Of a DNA stretch of 56,198 bases, positions 1-7,527 are shown in pieces. The stretch covers positions 1 to 56,198 of the forward strand of contig JAVHRR010000006.1 in NCBI GenBank assembly GCA_036171775.1. Reading direction: 5' to 3'. The translations under genes and the position numbers were made by a program. The notes below the pieces were generated by a model. It saw nothing but the letters and a program-made list of their open reading frames with translations, searched no databases and had not been told where the DNA came from. Source of the DNA: Minisyncoccota bacterium. Its GTDB lineage: Bacteria; Patescibacteriota; Minisyncoccia; Phycocordibacterales; GWA1-40-21. Positions within the stretch are counted from its first letter, which is position 1. Every line of letters starts with the position of its first letter.

Positions 1-327
1 TACATTTATTTTAACAGCAACCTCGGGATTGATTTTCATTTTCATCGCGTACTGCTCTGCGGGTAAACCAAAAGCATCCCAGCCCATTGGATGAAGAACA
101 TTAAAACCATTCATCTTCTTTAATCTAGAATATATATCTGTTGCAATATAGCCTCGTGGATGCCCGACATGAAGACCTTCACCGGATGGATAAGGAAACA
201 TATCAAGAACATAACATTTTGGTTTGTTGCCAGCCTCTGTGGTTTTGTTGACTTTCTTTTTCTTCCAAATGGCCTGCCACTTTTTCTCAACTTTTAAATG
301 ATTGTATATACACTTTATTGGTTTCAT
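1..327 (-). CDS. leuS: Leucyl-tRNA synthetase, N-terminal 109 codons (gene continues beyond window start)
   Basis: Reverse-strand translation from ATG at 327-325 reads [23 protein letters not shown]...[56 protein letters not shown]. It has the class I HIGH motif (HVGH) and LeuRS-typical blocks, and stays open to position 1. Confidence 0.85.
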   Translation of the reverse strand, partial: MKPIKCIYNHLKVEKKWQAIWKKKKVNKTTEAGNKPKCYVLDMFPYPSGEGLHVGHPRGYIATDIYSRLKKMNGFNVLHPMGWDAFGLPAEQYAMKMKINPEVAVKINV

Positions 328-370
328 AGTATTTAAAATAATACAGTAAATATAGATATTATAAAAGTGG

Positions 371-399
371 TTGACATGTATATTTTGTAATGATACCGT
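371..399 (+). promoter_or_regulatory. Candidate sigma70-type promoter (TTGACA-17 nt-TACCGT) for the 437..655 gene
   Basis: Perfect -35 at 371-376 and a weak -10 at 394-399. Confidence 0.3.
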
Positions 400-436
400 A
401 ATTGTAGACGTATAAATTAACTGGAGGATAAAGTTT

Positions 437-655
437 ATGAACACCAAAAAAATACTCGCTCAGCCCGTAAGAGTTCTCGGATTACAGAACGGTACACTGA
501 ACAAACTTACACGCGGCGGAATTTACACTGTCGGAGAACTGCTTCAAAAGACAAAAGAAGAGCTCTTAAAAGTATATTTCTTTAATGAAGCAGACTACAA
601 GGACTGCAAAAAAGCTATGAAAAAGCTAGGTCTGAATCTCGGCCAGAAAGTGTAG
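437..655 (+). CDS. Stand-alone 72-aa protein resembling the RNA polymerase alpha-subunit C-terminal domain (helix-hairpin-helix)
   Basis: GGAGG at 423-427. [36 protein letters not shown]...KKLGLNLG parallels the alpha-CTD pattern L.LSVR..NCLK...I.TIGDL...TE.ELLK..N.G.KSL.EI...L...GL.LG. Confidence 0.6.
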   Translation: MNTKKILAQPVRVLGLQNGTLNKLTRGGIYTVGELLQKTKEELLKVYFFNEADYKDCKKAMKKLGLNLGQKV

Positions 656-683
656 AACAAAAAGTTTTCCAGGAGGATTTCAA

Positions 684-839
684 ATGCTAAAATATTTTTT
701 GATAGTATCATTTCTTCTAATATTCATGGTTTGGCCTGGATATAAGAAGTACAAAAATGGTGAGGGTTACTTTGATATGATGGAGAGCCTTTCTTTTGTA
801 ATATTATTAATCATAGCCTGCATTATTGAGTACACTTAA
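684..839 (+). CDS. Small predicted membrane protein (51 aa), below the ORF-track cutoff
   Basis: AGGAGG at 671-676 sits 7 nt before the ATG. Product is MLKYFLIVSFLLIFMVWPGYKKYKNGEGYFDMMESLSFVILLIIACIIEYT, with two hydrophobic helices. Confidence 0.4.
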   Translation: MLKYFLIVSFLLIFMVWPGYKKYKNGEGYFDMMESLSFVILLIIACIIEYT

Positions 840-860
840 GAATACAAGGAGAAATAATAC

Positions 861-1064
861 ATGAACGGAGAAAAATGGTTTTTGGAATTTGACCGCGATG
901 AACGTACAAAACCCAAAGAAACTATAAGGATCGAGCTGAGGGCGATAGAAGTAAAATTGGCTACTTTTGAGGCTCTGGGTGAATGGAACAACATAAAACA
1001 CCAAAACTTTAAACCCACGGAAGTTTCCAATCCCAAGCTGATACTCTCGATAGATCTCAAGTAG
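861..1064 (+). CDS. Small hypothetical protein (67 aa), paralog A of the 1181..1393 gene
   Basis: AAGGAG lies upstream. It shares MNGEKWFLEF / MPNGKWFLQY and ..EW...K...FKP.E...P..I.S with the next gene, and a terminator follows. Confidence 0.6.
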   Translation: MNGEKWFLEFDRDERTKPKETIRIELRAIEVKLATFEALGEWNNIKHQNFKPTEVSNPKLILSIDLK

Positions 1065-1081
1065 ACACGAGAGACAAATAG

Positions 1082-1112
1082 AACCGCCGGCGAGTATACG
1101 CCGGCGGTTTTA
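1082..1112 (+). terminator. Intrinsic terminator
   Basis: AACCGCCGGCG-AGTATA-CGCCGGCGGTT followed by TTT. The core CGCCGGCGAGTATACGCCGGCGGTTTT is identical to 1411-1437. Confidence 0.8.
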
Positions 1113-1180
1113 ATATGGTTGATTAATCATTAAAAATTTGCTTAACTTAAAATAGAAAGTTTAGAATGGAGGCAAATTTT

Positions 1181-1393
1181 ATGCCTAATGGAAAATGGTT
1201 TTTACAATATGAAATGACGATGGGAGTTCTTGAACACGACAAGACGGTGAAAGTAAAACTTCCTGCTACAAATGAAAAAACAGCAATGGTTGCTGCAAAA
1301 GAAGAATGGGAAAAAGCGAAAACAAACAATGGCTTTAAACCACATGAACTGAAGGACCCCAGGGTCATTCAATCCTTCTATATGGAAGAATGA
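1181..1393 (+). CDS. Small hypothetical protein (70 aa from the second ATG), paralog B
   Basis: The ORF track starts at 1166, but GGAGG at 1168-1172 overlaps that ATG and is well spaced for the ATG at 1181. It is a paralog of 861..1064. Confidence 0.6.
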   Translation: MPNGKWFLQYEMTMGVLEHDKTVKVKLPATNEKTAMVAAKEEWEKAKTNNGFKPHELKDPRVIQSFYMEE

Positions 1394-1408
1394 TTCTTCA
1401 AAAATTGA

Positions 1409-1439
1409 ATCGCCGGCGAGTATACGCCGGCGGTTTTTT
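1409..1439. terminator. Intrinsic terminator, likely bidirectional (also downstream of convergent rmuC)
   Basis: Same GC-rich hairpin as 1082-1112, followed by TTTTTT. The rmuC stop is at 1481. Confidence 0.8.
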
Positions 1440-1480
1440 ATTGTTATTTTCCTTATACTTATACTAATCCCTTATACTCT

Positions 1481-2536
1481 TTACTCATCCTCTCTTTCGG
1501 GTTTCGCGACTTCCAATAATTCTATGTCGGACTCAACACCAGTAATTCTCACAACGTCTTTATCTATCTTTTTAAATTCTTTACTTGAAGCATTAAAATG
1601 ATTCACTGTCGTAGCTAGAGCATTTCCAAGTTTTTGTTGATATTCTTCAAATGACTTAAAGTGTTTTTGTAATCCTTCTACGTTCTTAATCACCCCCTTA
1701 ACCGATTCTTCAATTTGCATTGCTTTCAAACCTTGCAGTACTGTTTGTAAATATGCCAAGAACGAAGTCGGCGAAACAATAATTACTTTATATTTATTTG
1801 CTGCACGTTGAATAAGATTATCAGTCTCTTCCGTTATTGCACCTATTTTGTTTACTAGTAAATCATAATAAATGGCTTCGTGTGGAATAAACATAAAAGC
1901 AAAATCCATTGTCCCCTCTTTTGGACGAATATATTTTGATGTTTCTTGAATTCTTAGTTTCAAATCGTTTACAAACGCTTTTTCCAGCTTCTCTTTTTCT
2001 TGTGGATTTTGTTCAACGCTTAGTTTGTTGTAGTTTTCTAAAGAAAACTTGGAATCTACCGGGATAATCTTGTCTTTAACAAATACCGCAGCATCTACAA
2101 TCTCGCCGTTAGAAAAAGCATATTGCATTTTGTATTGAGTCGGTGCCAAAACATTTTGCAGCAATGTTTCGAGATAATATTCACCGAGAATTCCACGATG
2201 TTTGGGATTTTTCAAAATATCTTGAAGTGATTGAAGTTGATCGGCAAAAGAAACAACTTGTCTGTTTGTTTCGTCTAGTTTTGTAAGTCCTTGAGTAACA
2301 TCCTTGATGAGCTTCGCAGATTCAGTAAATTGATTTCTCACTGATTCATTCATGTGTTTAGTGCTCTCACTTATCTTACTATCAACAGTTCTGTTTAGCT
2401 CATTAATCTGTTCAAGAATAAGTTTAAGACCTATATCGTCTGTTTTTACTTCAGTATTGTTATTCTTTAGAAATAGAAAAACGATTAATCCTACGATTAT
2501 AATGAACAAGAGAATAATGATGGTTGTTGAAGACAT
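1481..2536 (-). CDS. rmuC: DNA recombination protein RmuC
   Basis: 351 aa with an N-terminal TM helix, a long coiled coil, and a C-terminal block FAFMFIPHEAIYYDLL...VIIVSPTSFLAYLQTV typical of the RmuC family. Confidence 0.85.
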   Translation of the reverse strand: MSSTTIIILLFIIIVGLIVFLFLKNNNTEVKTDDIGLKLILEQINELNRTVDSKISESTKHMNESVRNQFTESAKLIKDVTQGLTKLDETNRQVVSFADQLQSLQDILKNPKHRGILGEYYLETLLQNVLAPTQYKMQYAFSNGEIVDAAVFVKDKIIPVDSKFSLENYNKLSVEQNPQEKEKLEKAFVNDLKLRIQETSKYIRPKEGTMDFAFMFIPHEAIYYDLLVNKIGAITEETDNLIQRAANKYKVIIVSPTSFLAYLQTVLQGLKAMQIEESVKGVIKNVEGLQKHFKSFEEYQQKLGNALATTVNHFNASSKEFKKIDKDVVRITGVESDIELLEVAKPEREDE

Positions 2537-2746
2537 AATTATAAATTTAAAGTTAAAAATGAAAAAAGTAAAGATAAAATTGTAAATTAAAAATGTTCAA
2601 AAAAACTGTATAAATTAGTAAATTTTGAATTTTTAACTATATTTTTACATTTTGCACTTTAATTTTTACTTTTATATTATACCAAAAGCCATCTAAATAT
2701 GATAATATCTAGAAGTTAGATTTATCATTAATTAAACATTCAAAAC

Positions 2747-3199
2747 ATGTCATTACACAAACAAATAAAAGACGGGATAAAGGAATCGATGATAAAAAAG
2801 GATACACTTCGTCTCACTGTACTTAGAAATATACTTTCTACTTTTAATAATGAAATGATCGCCAAGAAAATGACCGTTCTAGAACTTTCAGATGAAGATG
2901 CAACTACAATAATTAGAAGATTGATAAAACAAAGAAAAGATTCTATAGACCAATTTACTAAGGGTAATCGTATGGACTTGGTACAAACAGAAGAAGCTGA
3001 GATGAAATTGCTGGAGTCTTTATTACCCCAACTTATGAGTAGAGATGAGATTGAGAAAATTGTAAAAGCAAAAGTTGATGCTGCAGGCACAATAGACAAA
3101 ACAAAACTTGGTCAATTTATGGGAGGAATAATGAAAGAACTTAAAGGAAAGGCAGACGGAATGCTAGTAAAAGAAGTATTGGAAGGATTAGTAAAATAA
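2747..3199 (+). CDS. yqeY: GatB/YqeY domain protein
   Basis: 150 aa. IKDGIKESMIKKDTLRLTVLRNILS and KLGQFMGGIMKELKGKADGMLVKEVL match the YqeY pattern. Confidence 0.85.
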   Translation: MSLHKQIKDGIKESMIKKDTLRLTVLRNILSTFNNEMIAKKMTVLELSDEDATTIIRRLIKQRKDSIDQFTKGNRMDLVQTEEAEMKLLESLLPQLMSRDEIEKIVKAKVDAAGTIDKTKLGQFMGGIMKELKGKADGMLVKEVLEGLVK

Positions 3200-3220
3200 C
3201 CTTATAAATAGATAATACGA

Positions 3221-3258
3221 AACAGCGCTTGATTTGCTTACAAATCAAGCGCTGTTTT
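3221..3258 (+). terminator. Intrinsic terminator
   Basis: 16-bp stem AACAGCGCTTGATTTG / CAAATCAAGCGCTGTT with loop CTTA and a T-run. Confidence 0.8.
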
Positions 3259-3260
3259 AG

Positions 3261-3290
3261 TTGACATAGTATACATAATAATGTTAATAT
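3261..3290 (+). promoter_or_regulatory. Candidate sigma70 promoter TTGACA-18 nt-TAATAT
   Basis: Consensus -35 at 3261-3266 and -10 at 3285-3290, about 35 nt before GAGGAGG and the ATG at 3327. Confidence 0.45.
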
Positions 3291-3326
3291 ATAACGAGGA
3301 GTACAATATAGTTTGAGGAGGCCTAA

Positions 3327-3593
3327 ATGGCTAATGAATTCGTTTTCACGACAGAGGACATTGAGAAGGCGCGCGGTTTTATAAAAGAGCATGGTTACCG
3401 TGGTCTCGCCTTCCACAAAGCAGACGAGTACTTTAAAAATAAGTACGGTGATAAATACACCAACGGCTCAATCGCCTCTTGCTTCGGAAAAGTGGGGGCC
3501 GAGAAAAAAGCCAGGAAGAAAAAGATTTTTCCGGGCTGGAAGTTTTCAAAAGAGCAGGTTGATGAGAGCAACGCACGTCAGTTCAGGGATTAA
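3327..3593 (+). CDS. Small hypothetical protein (88 aa)
   Basis: GAGGAGG RBS, its own promoter and terminator, and GC visibly higher than neighbours. No family recognised. Confidence 0.6.
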   Translation: MANEFVFTTEDIEKARGFIKEHGYRGLAFHKADEYFKNKYGDKYTNGSIASCFGKVGAEKKARKKKIFPGWKFSKEQVDESNARQFRD

Positions 3594-3603
3594 TACACCC
3601 TGG

Positions 3604-3631
3604 AAAAGAGCCCGACAACGGGCTCTTTTTT
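3604..3631 (+). terminator. Intrinsic terminator
   Basis: AAAAGAGCCCG-ACAA-CGGGCTCTTTT followed by T-run. Confidence 0.8.
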
Positions 3632-3637
3632 CTTTGC

Positions 3638-3666
3638 TAGACATCCTGTATATAATAACGTATAGT
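3638..3666 (+). promoter_or_regulatory. Candidate promoter TAGACA-17 nt-TATAGT
   Basis: Near-consensus hexamers upstream of the 3704 micro-ORF. A TATAAT at 3651-3656 is an alternative. Confidence 0.3.
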
Positions 3667-3703
3667 ATAGCTGTACGAACTTCAGGCAGTAAGGAGCAAT
3701 AAT

Positions 3704-3865
3704 ATGCCGCAAGACAATCAGCAAAAGCCGGTGAAAAAGACGATGGCAAGTGTGCTGGCCGCGCACTTTAAGCAGAGAGCGAGCAAGAATTCGAGACTGT
3801 TCGCGCCTTCGGGTCAGTCGAAAAAAAAGAGCCGCAAGGCAAAGGAGTTACCACCCGACTGGTGA
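3704..3865 (+). CDS. Small basic protein (53 aa), below the ORF-track cutoff
   Basis: AAGGAG at 3691-3696. Product is MPQDNQQKPVKKTMASVLAAHFKQRASKNSRLFAPSGQSKKKSRKAKELPPDW, and a terminator follows. Confidence 0.45.
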   Translation: MPQDNQQKPVKKTMASVLAAHFKQRASKNSRLFAPSGQSKKKSRKAKELPPDW

Positions 3866-3881
3866 AAATACCAGCGGGCTC

Positions 3882-3917
3882 AAAAAGAGGGTTGTCTAAC
3901 AAGGCTCCCTCTTTTTT
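3882..3917 (+). terminator. Intrinsic terminator
   Basis: AAAAAGAGGG ... CCCTCTTTTT with a 15-nt loop and a T-run. Confidence 0.6.
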
Positions 3918-3975
3918 ATTTGTTCAAAACAACAAAAACTGTTATATTGGTTTTTGTTCGTTAGTGTTTGGCTAA

Positions 3976-4031
3976 ATCAATTTGTCTTAAAACAAATTGA
4001 TCGCCCGAACAAATTTTATTAAAAATTTGTT
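3976..4031. repeat. Two adjacent hairpins built from four ACAAATT/AATTTGT units
   Basis: ATCAATTTGT-CTTAAA-ACAAATTGAT (3976-4001) and AACAAATTT-TATTAA-AAATTTGTT (4008-4031), directly upstream of the tRNA-like segment. Confidence 0.5.
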
Positions 4032-4035
4032 TTAG

Positions 4036-4310
4036 GGCCTTATCGTCTGATGTGAGATTGGGTTGGGACCCAATCGCAAGATCGGAGTGCGTCGGCACGA
4101 GATGGGGTCGCAAACAAAATCACCAGATTTTGATTTGTGACTAGGACACGGCCTTCGAAAGGTTGAAAAGCGAATACATGGAGCTTTTCAAAGACGGAGC
4201 ACGGCGGTGCGAGTCGGGGTCGAGAGATTTTTCAGCAGAAAAATACTCGTGACGAAGCGGGTTGGGACACCTGTAAGGAAGGAAATTCGGGGTTCGAGTT
4301 TGGTTTGAAA
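4036..4310 (+). pseudogene. GC-rich, hairpin-rich segment containing scrambled and interrupted tRNA-Glu-like pieces (pseudo-tRNA or unknown structured RNA)
   Basis: 4036-4048 is identical to tRNA positions 4321-4333, 4142-4156 to 4340-4354, and 4287-4297 to 4367-4377. A CCTGTAAGG piece (4270-4278) resembles CCCGTAAGG (4381-4389) but lies before the T-arm piece. There is no ORF. Confidence 0.4.
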
Positions 4311-4320
4311 ATTTAATATT

Positions 4321-4395
4321 GGCCTTATCGTCTAACGGTTAGGACACGGCCTTCTCAAGGCTGGAATCGGGGTTCGATTCCCCGTAAGGTCACCA
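4321..4395 (+). tRNA. tRNA-Glu (anticodon CUC), CCA encoded
   Basis: Manual cloverleaf: acceptor GGCCTTA/TAAGGTC, D arm GTCT/GGAC, anticodon arm CGGCC-TTCTCAA-GGCTG, T arm CGGGG-TTCGATT-CCCCG, discriminator A plus CCA. Confidence 0.9.
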
Positions 4396-4521
4396 TCAAG
4401 AGCTAGCACGAATACGTTATGTAATTAGAGCGCCCGAGAATAGTAATATTCTCGATTACATCGCATTCACCAGCTGGCACCAGAATTACCCAAATTTGTT
4501 TAATCTTGTATAATACCTAAT

Positions 4522-4890
4522 ATGAAAAAAGAAATGTTTTTAAAAATTGGTAAATATGGTAGACCAGTATTTTGGTCTTATCTTATGGTCATTTCTTCTT
4601 ATTTTATTATTATTTTTACTAAAAGAAATATTTTTGATGGATTGTTTGAATTAAAATACATATTTGTTGACATCTTAACTTATACCTTATTATTAATGGT
4701 TTTTATTTTTTCATTTTATAATGTCACTCACCCTTACATAAACAAAGATAGTAATGATGAAAATGATTCACATTGGGCGACAGGTTTGTGTATTCTGATG
4801 CCAATTATAATAATAGAATTATTACTTATACGTTTTTTTAATTTTGATTTAATTGGATATATTTTTAAACTACTAAATCATTACAATTAG
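4522..4890 (+). CDS. Hypothetical membrane protein (122 aa)
   Basis: Several hydrophobic helices. TATAAT at 4509-4514 ends 7 nt before the ATG (leaderless-type). No family recognised. Confidence 0.55.
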   Translation: MKKEMFLKIGKYGRPVFWSYLMVISSYFIIIFTKRNIFDGLFELKYIFVDILTYTLLLMVFIFSFYNVTHPYINKDSNDENDSHWATGLCILMPIIIIELLLIRFFNFDLIGYIFKLLNHYN

Positions 4891-4996
4891 ATAATACAAA
4901 TAAGATATTCAAACTCGCTCAATACTTAGGTTAAATTATATTACTATTTTGTATAATTAGGTTACATTCAGAAGCTATCACTAGACGGTATTAGTT

Positions 4997-7426
4997 TTAA
5001 TAAATATAACTGATTTTTTGTGCTTCATGCCACATTACTTTTACTCCATATGGTTCTAATTTTTCTTGCAGAAGTTTGATATTATCTTCAATAAGCTTTG
5101 TTTTTTTATCATCATAGGATGAAAATAGAAGGATATTTGGTCTAATTTGTTTTGCAAGCTTGAAAGCTTCTTCAAAGTGTTTTGCCTTAAATAAGGATGA
5201 GCTTTGTTTAACCTCACCCATTATAAATTGTCCATCTTGTATACATACAATATCTAGATCCCCTAGATGTTTGTAGTCTTTTTTCTGTTTTTTAAATAAA
5301 TCAAGACTTGGACTATATATAAATGAGGAATGCGCATCATCTTGTAATTCCCCAAGCGTAAGAAGAACTGGAACTAATCCATGCTGTCTGACTCCACTCT
5401 CAACTAAATTATTTAACCTATATAACCAAGATGGATCTGGATTTAAATCAAAAATATTTCCACAACCCTTACATTCAATTTTTTGTTTAATCTCATCAAC
5501 GTGCAACCAGTTTGAATATCCACACGAAGTACAATGAGGCTTCAACCCCATTAGTAAAACTTTGCTATCAACTAAATCCTTAATTTCTCTATAAACATCT
5601 TCTTTAAATTGAAGTTTGCTCTTTGAATCTATTACTTCACTTTTACCTTGAGCTTTTAGAAATTCTTGTACTAATTTTATTTTTTCTCTCAAAAAGAAAA
5701 TTAAATCAGCCTCTCGACCTGATTTACCATATTCTTTTGAAGTAAGTAAAATATACTCAGCTAACCATTTGAATTCCTCTTCTCTCTCAATTTGATCTTT
5801 AGGTATTGTTCTTAAATAATTTTTTAATTTACCAAATATTACAGCCTTTTTCTTATTATCAGAAGCCGGCGTACTTAAAGAAAGAATTTCAAACATCTTT
5901 CTCCAATAAGGTTCTCTGAATTGATGATAAGCTTGTCCCAATCCACCAAATAGTCCAATAAGACCCTGCAAATAACGTCCTTTATCTGATCTTTGAGTGG
6001 TAAAATATATTTTTTGGTTAATAACCGTTTGTCTAGGATCTCCTGTAAATGAGGGGTTATTGTGACCAAAAATTAAAGATGAAATAATATTTTTATCCTT
6101 TGGTATTTTAAAATCTAATTTTAATTCATCCGTTTTAAAAAAAGATTTTGCTCCCATAACGACACTAGGAACACCATTCCTTAATATTCTAGCTATGCTC
6201 TGTGGGAAAAATAATCGAGTTAGGCGATTACGATTAGGAAGCCTCCACCAATGACGTATATTTGTATTTTGATATCTCTCTGGATGATATTGTATATATA
6301 CATCCAACATCCAATTCCCTGGATTAACACCGTCTGGAAAAATTGGTTCATCGATAACAATAGTTCCTTCATTACCATATGCTTGATATAGAGTCATACC
6401 ATCTTTTAAACTAAAATAATCTTTATTTTGACCATAGTTTGGAAACAGTTCTTTCGGTGGTAAAATAACTACATTTTTGCCACACCACGATCTCTCACCG
6501 AGTATACCTGCAATCTTTTTCAATCTATCTTCCTTAATAGAAAAACTAATAAATTGAAGCATCTGGTTATTGTTGTTGCCAGTTCGAGAAGCTTTTTGTT
6601 GAAAAAATTGCTGTAATCCATTTCTTAATTTATCATTTTCTGCAACCTCGGTTGATAACCAAAAATGACAAATATCCCTACGCATCCATTGGGGAATCAT
6701 TAGAATCCTATTCCAATAATGTAATAGATCGTAAGGTGAATCACCAACTATTACTGTAAAATATTCACTTTCATGATTATAGGATATATCTCTTATTTCA
6801 TTTGGAACTGTAGATAATTGTATTGGAAATACATAATTTTTATGTATATCTCCTAACTCAAGCAAGGTAGTATTTACACTCTCGTCTGTGTTTAAAGTAT
6901 AAACATTTTTATTTTGAATCTTTTTTCCCATTTGATCAAGAAAATAATCTTCATATGTACCAAAATTAAAATGTATAAACTCTTTCAATGTAGAAGATGT
7001 TAAGTCCTTAATATTAAATAATACAAAAGGTCTTTTTTCATTAAAGTAAGTGGAGGACTTATTAATCAACTCTTCTGTAGGATGATTAATTGTTGGAAGT
7101 TGATTATGAAAACTTATCCCTGTTTGGAGATTATTGATTTCTACAATATATGGAGAAAGTCTATTCTCTATTTTTTCAATAAAACTTTTAGATGGAGTAA
7201 ACAAGAAAATAACAGAATCAGGGTCAAAATCTTTTATAAAATTCCACGATTCTTTTGATAAATCATCGTTATTTGAAAAAACGATTGGATTAAATCTACC
7301 ACCATAATGCTTAGTGTTGATATCAAAGAGGTTCTTAAATAAATCTTTGGTAAAATCCTTAGGTTTAACTATAAAAACTGTTTTTATCAGGCGCTTATTA
7401 AAATATATTGGGTATGGTGATTCCAT
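4997..7426 (-). CDS. Large uncharacterised protein (809 aa) with C-terminal Zn-ribbon and PD-(D/E)xK-like nuclease signature
   Basis: It has CTSCGYSNW...ECKGCGN (CxxC-x17-CxxC), then GDLDIVCIQDGQFIMGEVKQSSS (D-x12-E-x-K). No P-loop, helicase or MTase motif was seen in the N-terminal ~620 aa. Confidence 0.8.
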   Translation of the reverse strand: MESPYPIYFNKRLIKTVFIVKPKDFTKDLFKNLFDINTKHYGGRFNPIVFSNNDDLSKESWNFIKDFDPDSVIFLFTPSKSFIEKIENRLSPYIVEINNLQTGISFHNQLPTINHPTEELINKSSTYFNEKRPFVLFNIKDLTSSTLKEFIHFNFGTYEDYFLDQMGKKIQNKNVYTLNTDESVNTTLLELGDIHKNYVFPIQLSTVPNEIRDISYNHESEYFTVIVGDSPYDLLHYWNRILMIPQWMRRDICHFWLSTEVAENDKLRNGLQQFFQQKASRTGNNNNQMLQFISFSIKEDRLKKIAGILGERSWCGKNVVILPPKELFPNYGQNKDYFSLKDGMTLYQAYGNEGTIVIDEPIFPDGVNPGNWMLDVYIQYHPERYQNTNIRHWWRLPNRNRLTRLFFPQSIARILRNGVPSVVMGAKSFFKTDELKLDFKIPKDKNIISSLIFGHNNPSFTGDPRQTVINQKIYFTTQRSDKGRYLQGLIGLFGGLGQAYHQFREPYWRKMFEILSLSTPASDNKKKAVIFGKLKNYLRTIPKDQIEREEEFKWLAEYILLTSKEYGKSGREADLIFFLREKIKLVQEFLKAQGKSEVIDSKSKLQFKEDVYREIKDLVDSKVLLMGLKPHCTSCGYSNWLHVDEIKQKIECKGCGNIFDLNPDPSWLYRLNNLVESGVRQHGLVPVLLTLGELQDDAHSSFIYSPSLDLFKKQKKDYKHLGDLDIVCIQDGQFIMGEVKQSSSLFKAKHFEEAFKLAKQIRPNILLFSSYDDKKTKLIEDNIKLLQEKLEPYGVKVMWHEAQKISYIY

Positions 7427-7527
7427 CAGTCAATTATAATCTTTTTAAGCTTTTTTGCATTATTTATCTTCTTCTAGAACTGATAGTGAATTACAAACAT
7501 TTTTAAACATGCTATGATTTAAAAACA

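Noticed and set aside
3391-3702. 103-aa ORF overlapping the 88-aa gene 3327..3593 in another frame and running through its terminator.
   Set aside because: It has no RBS and reads across the terminator hairpin at 3604-3631. The 3327 frame has the GAGGAGG site and a sensible stop before the terminator.
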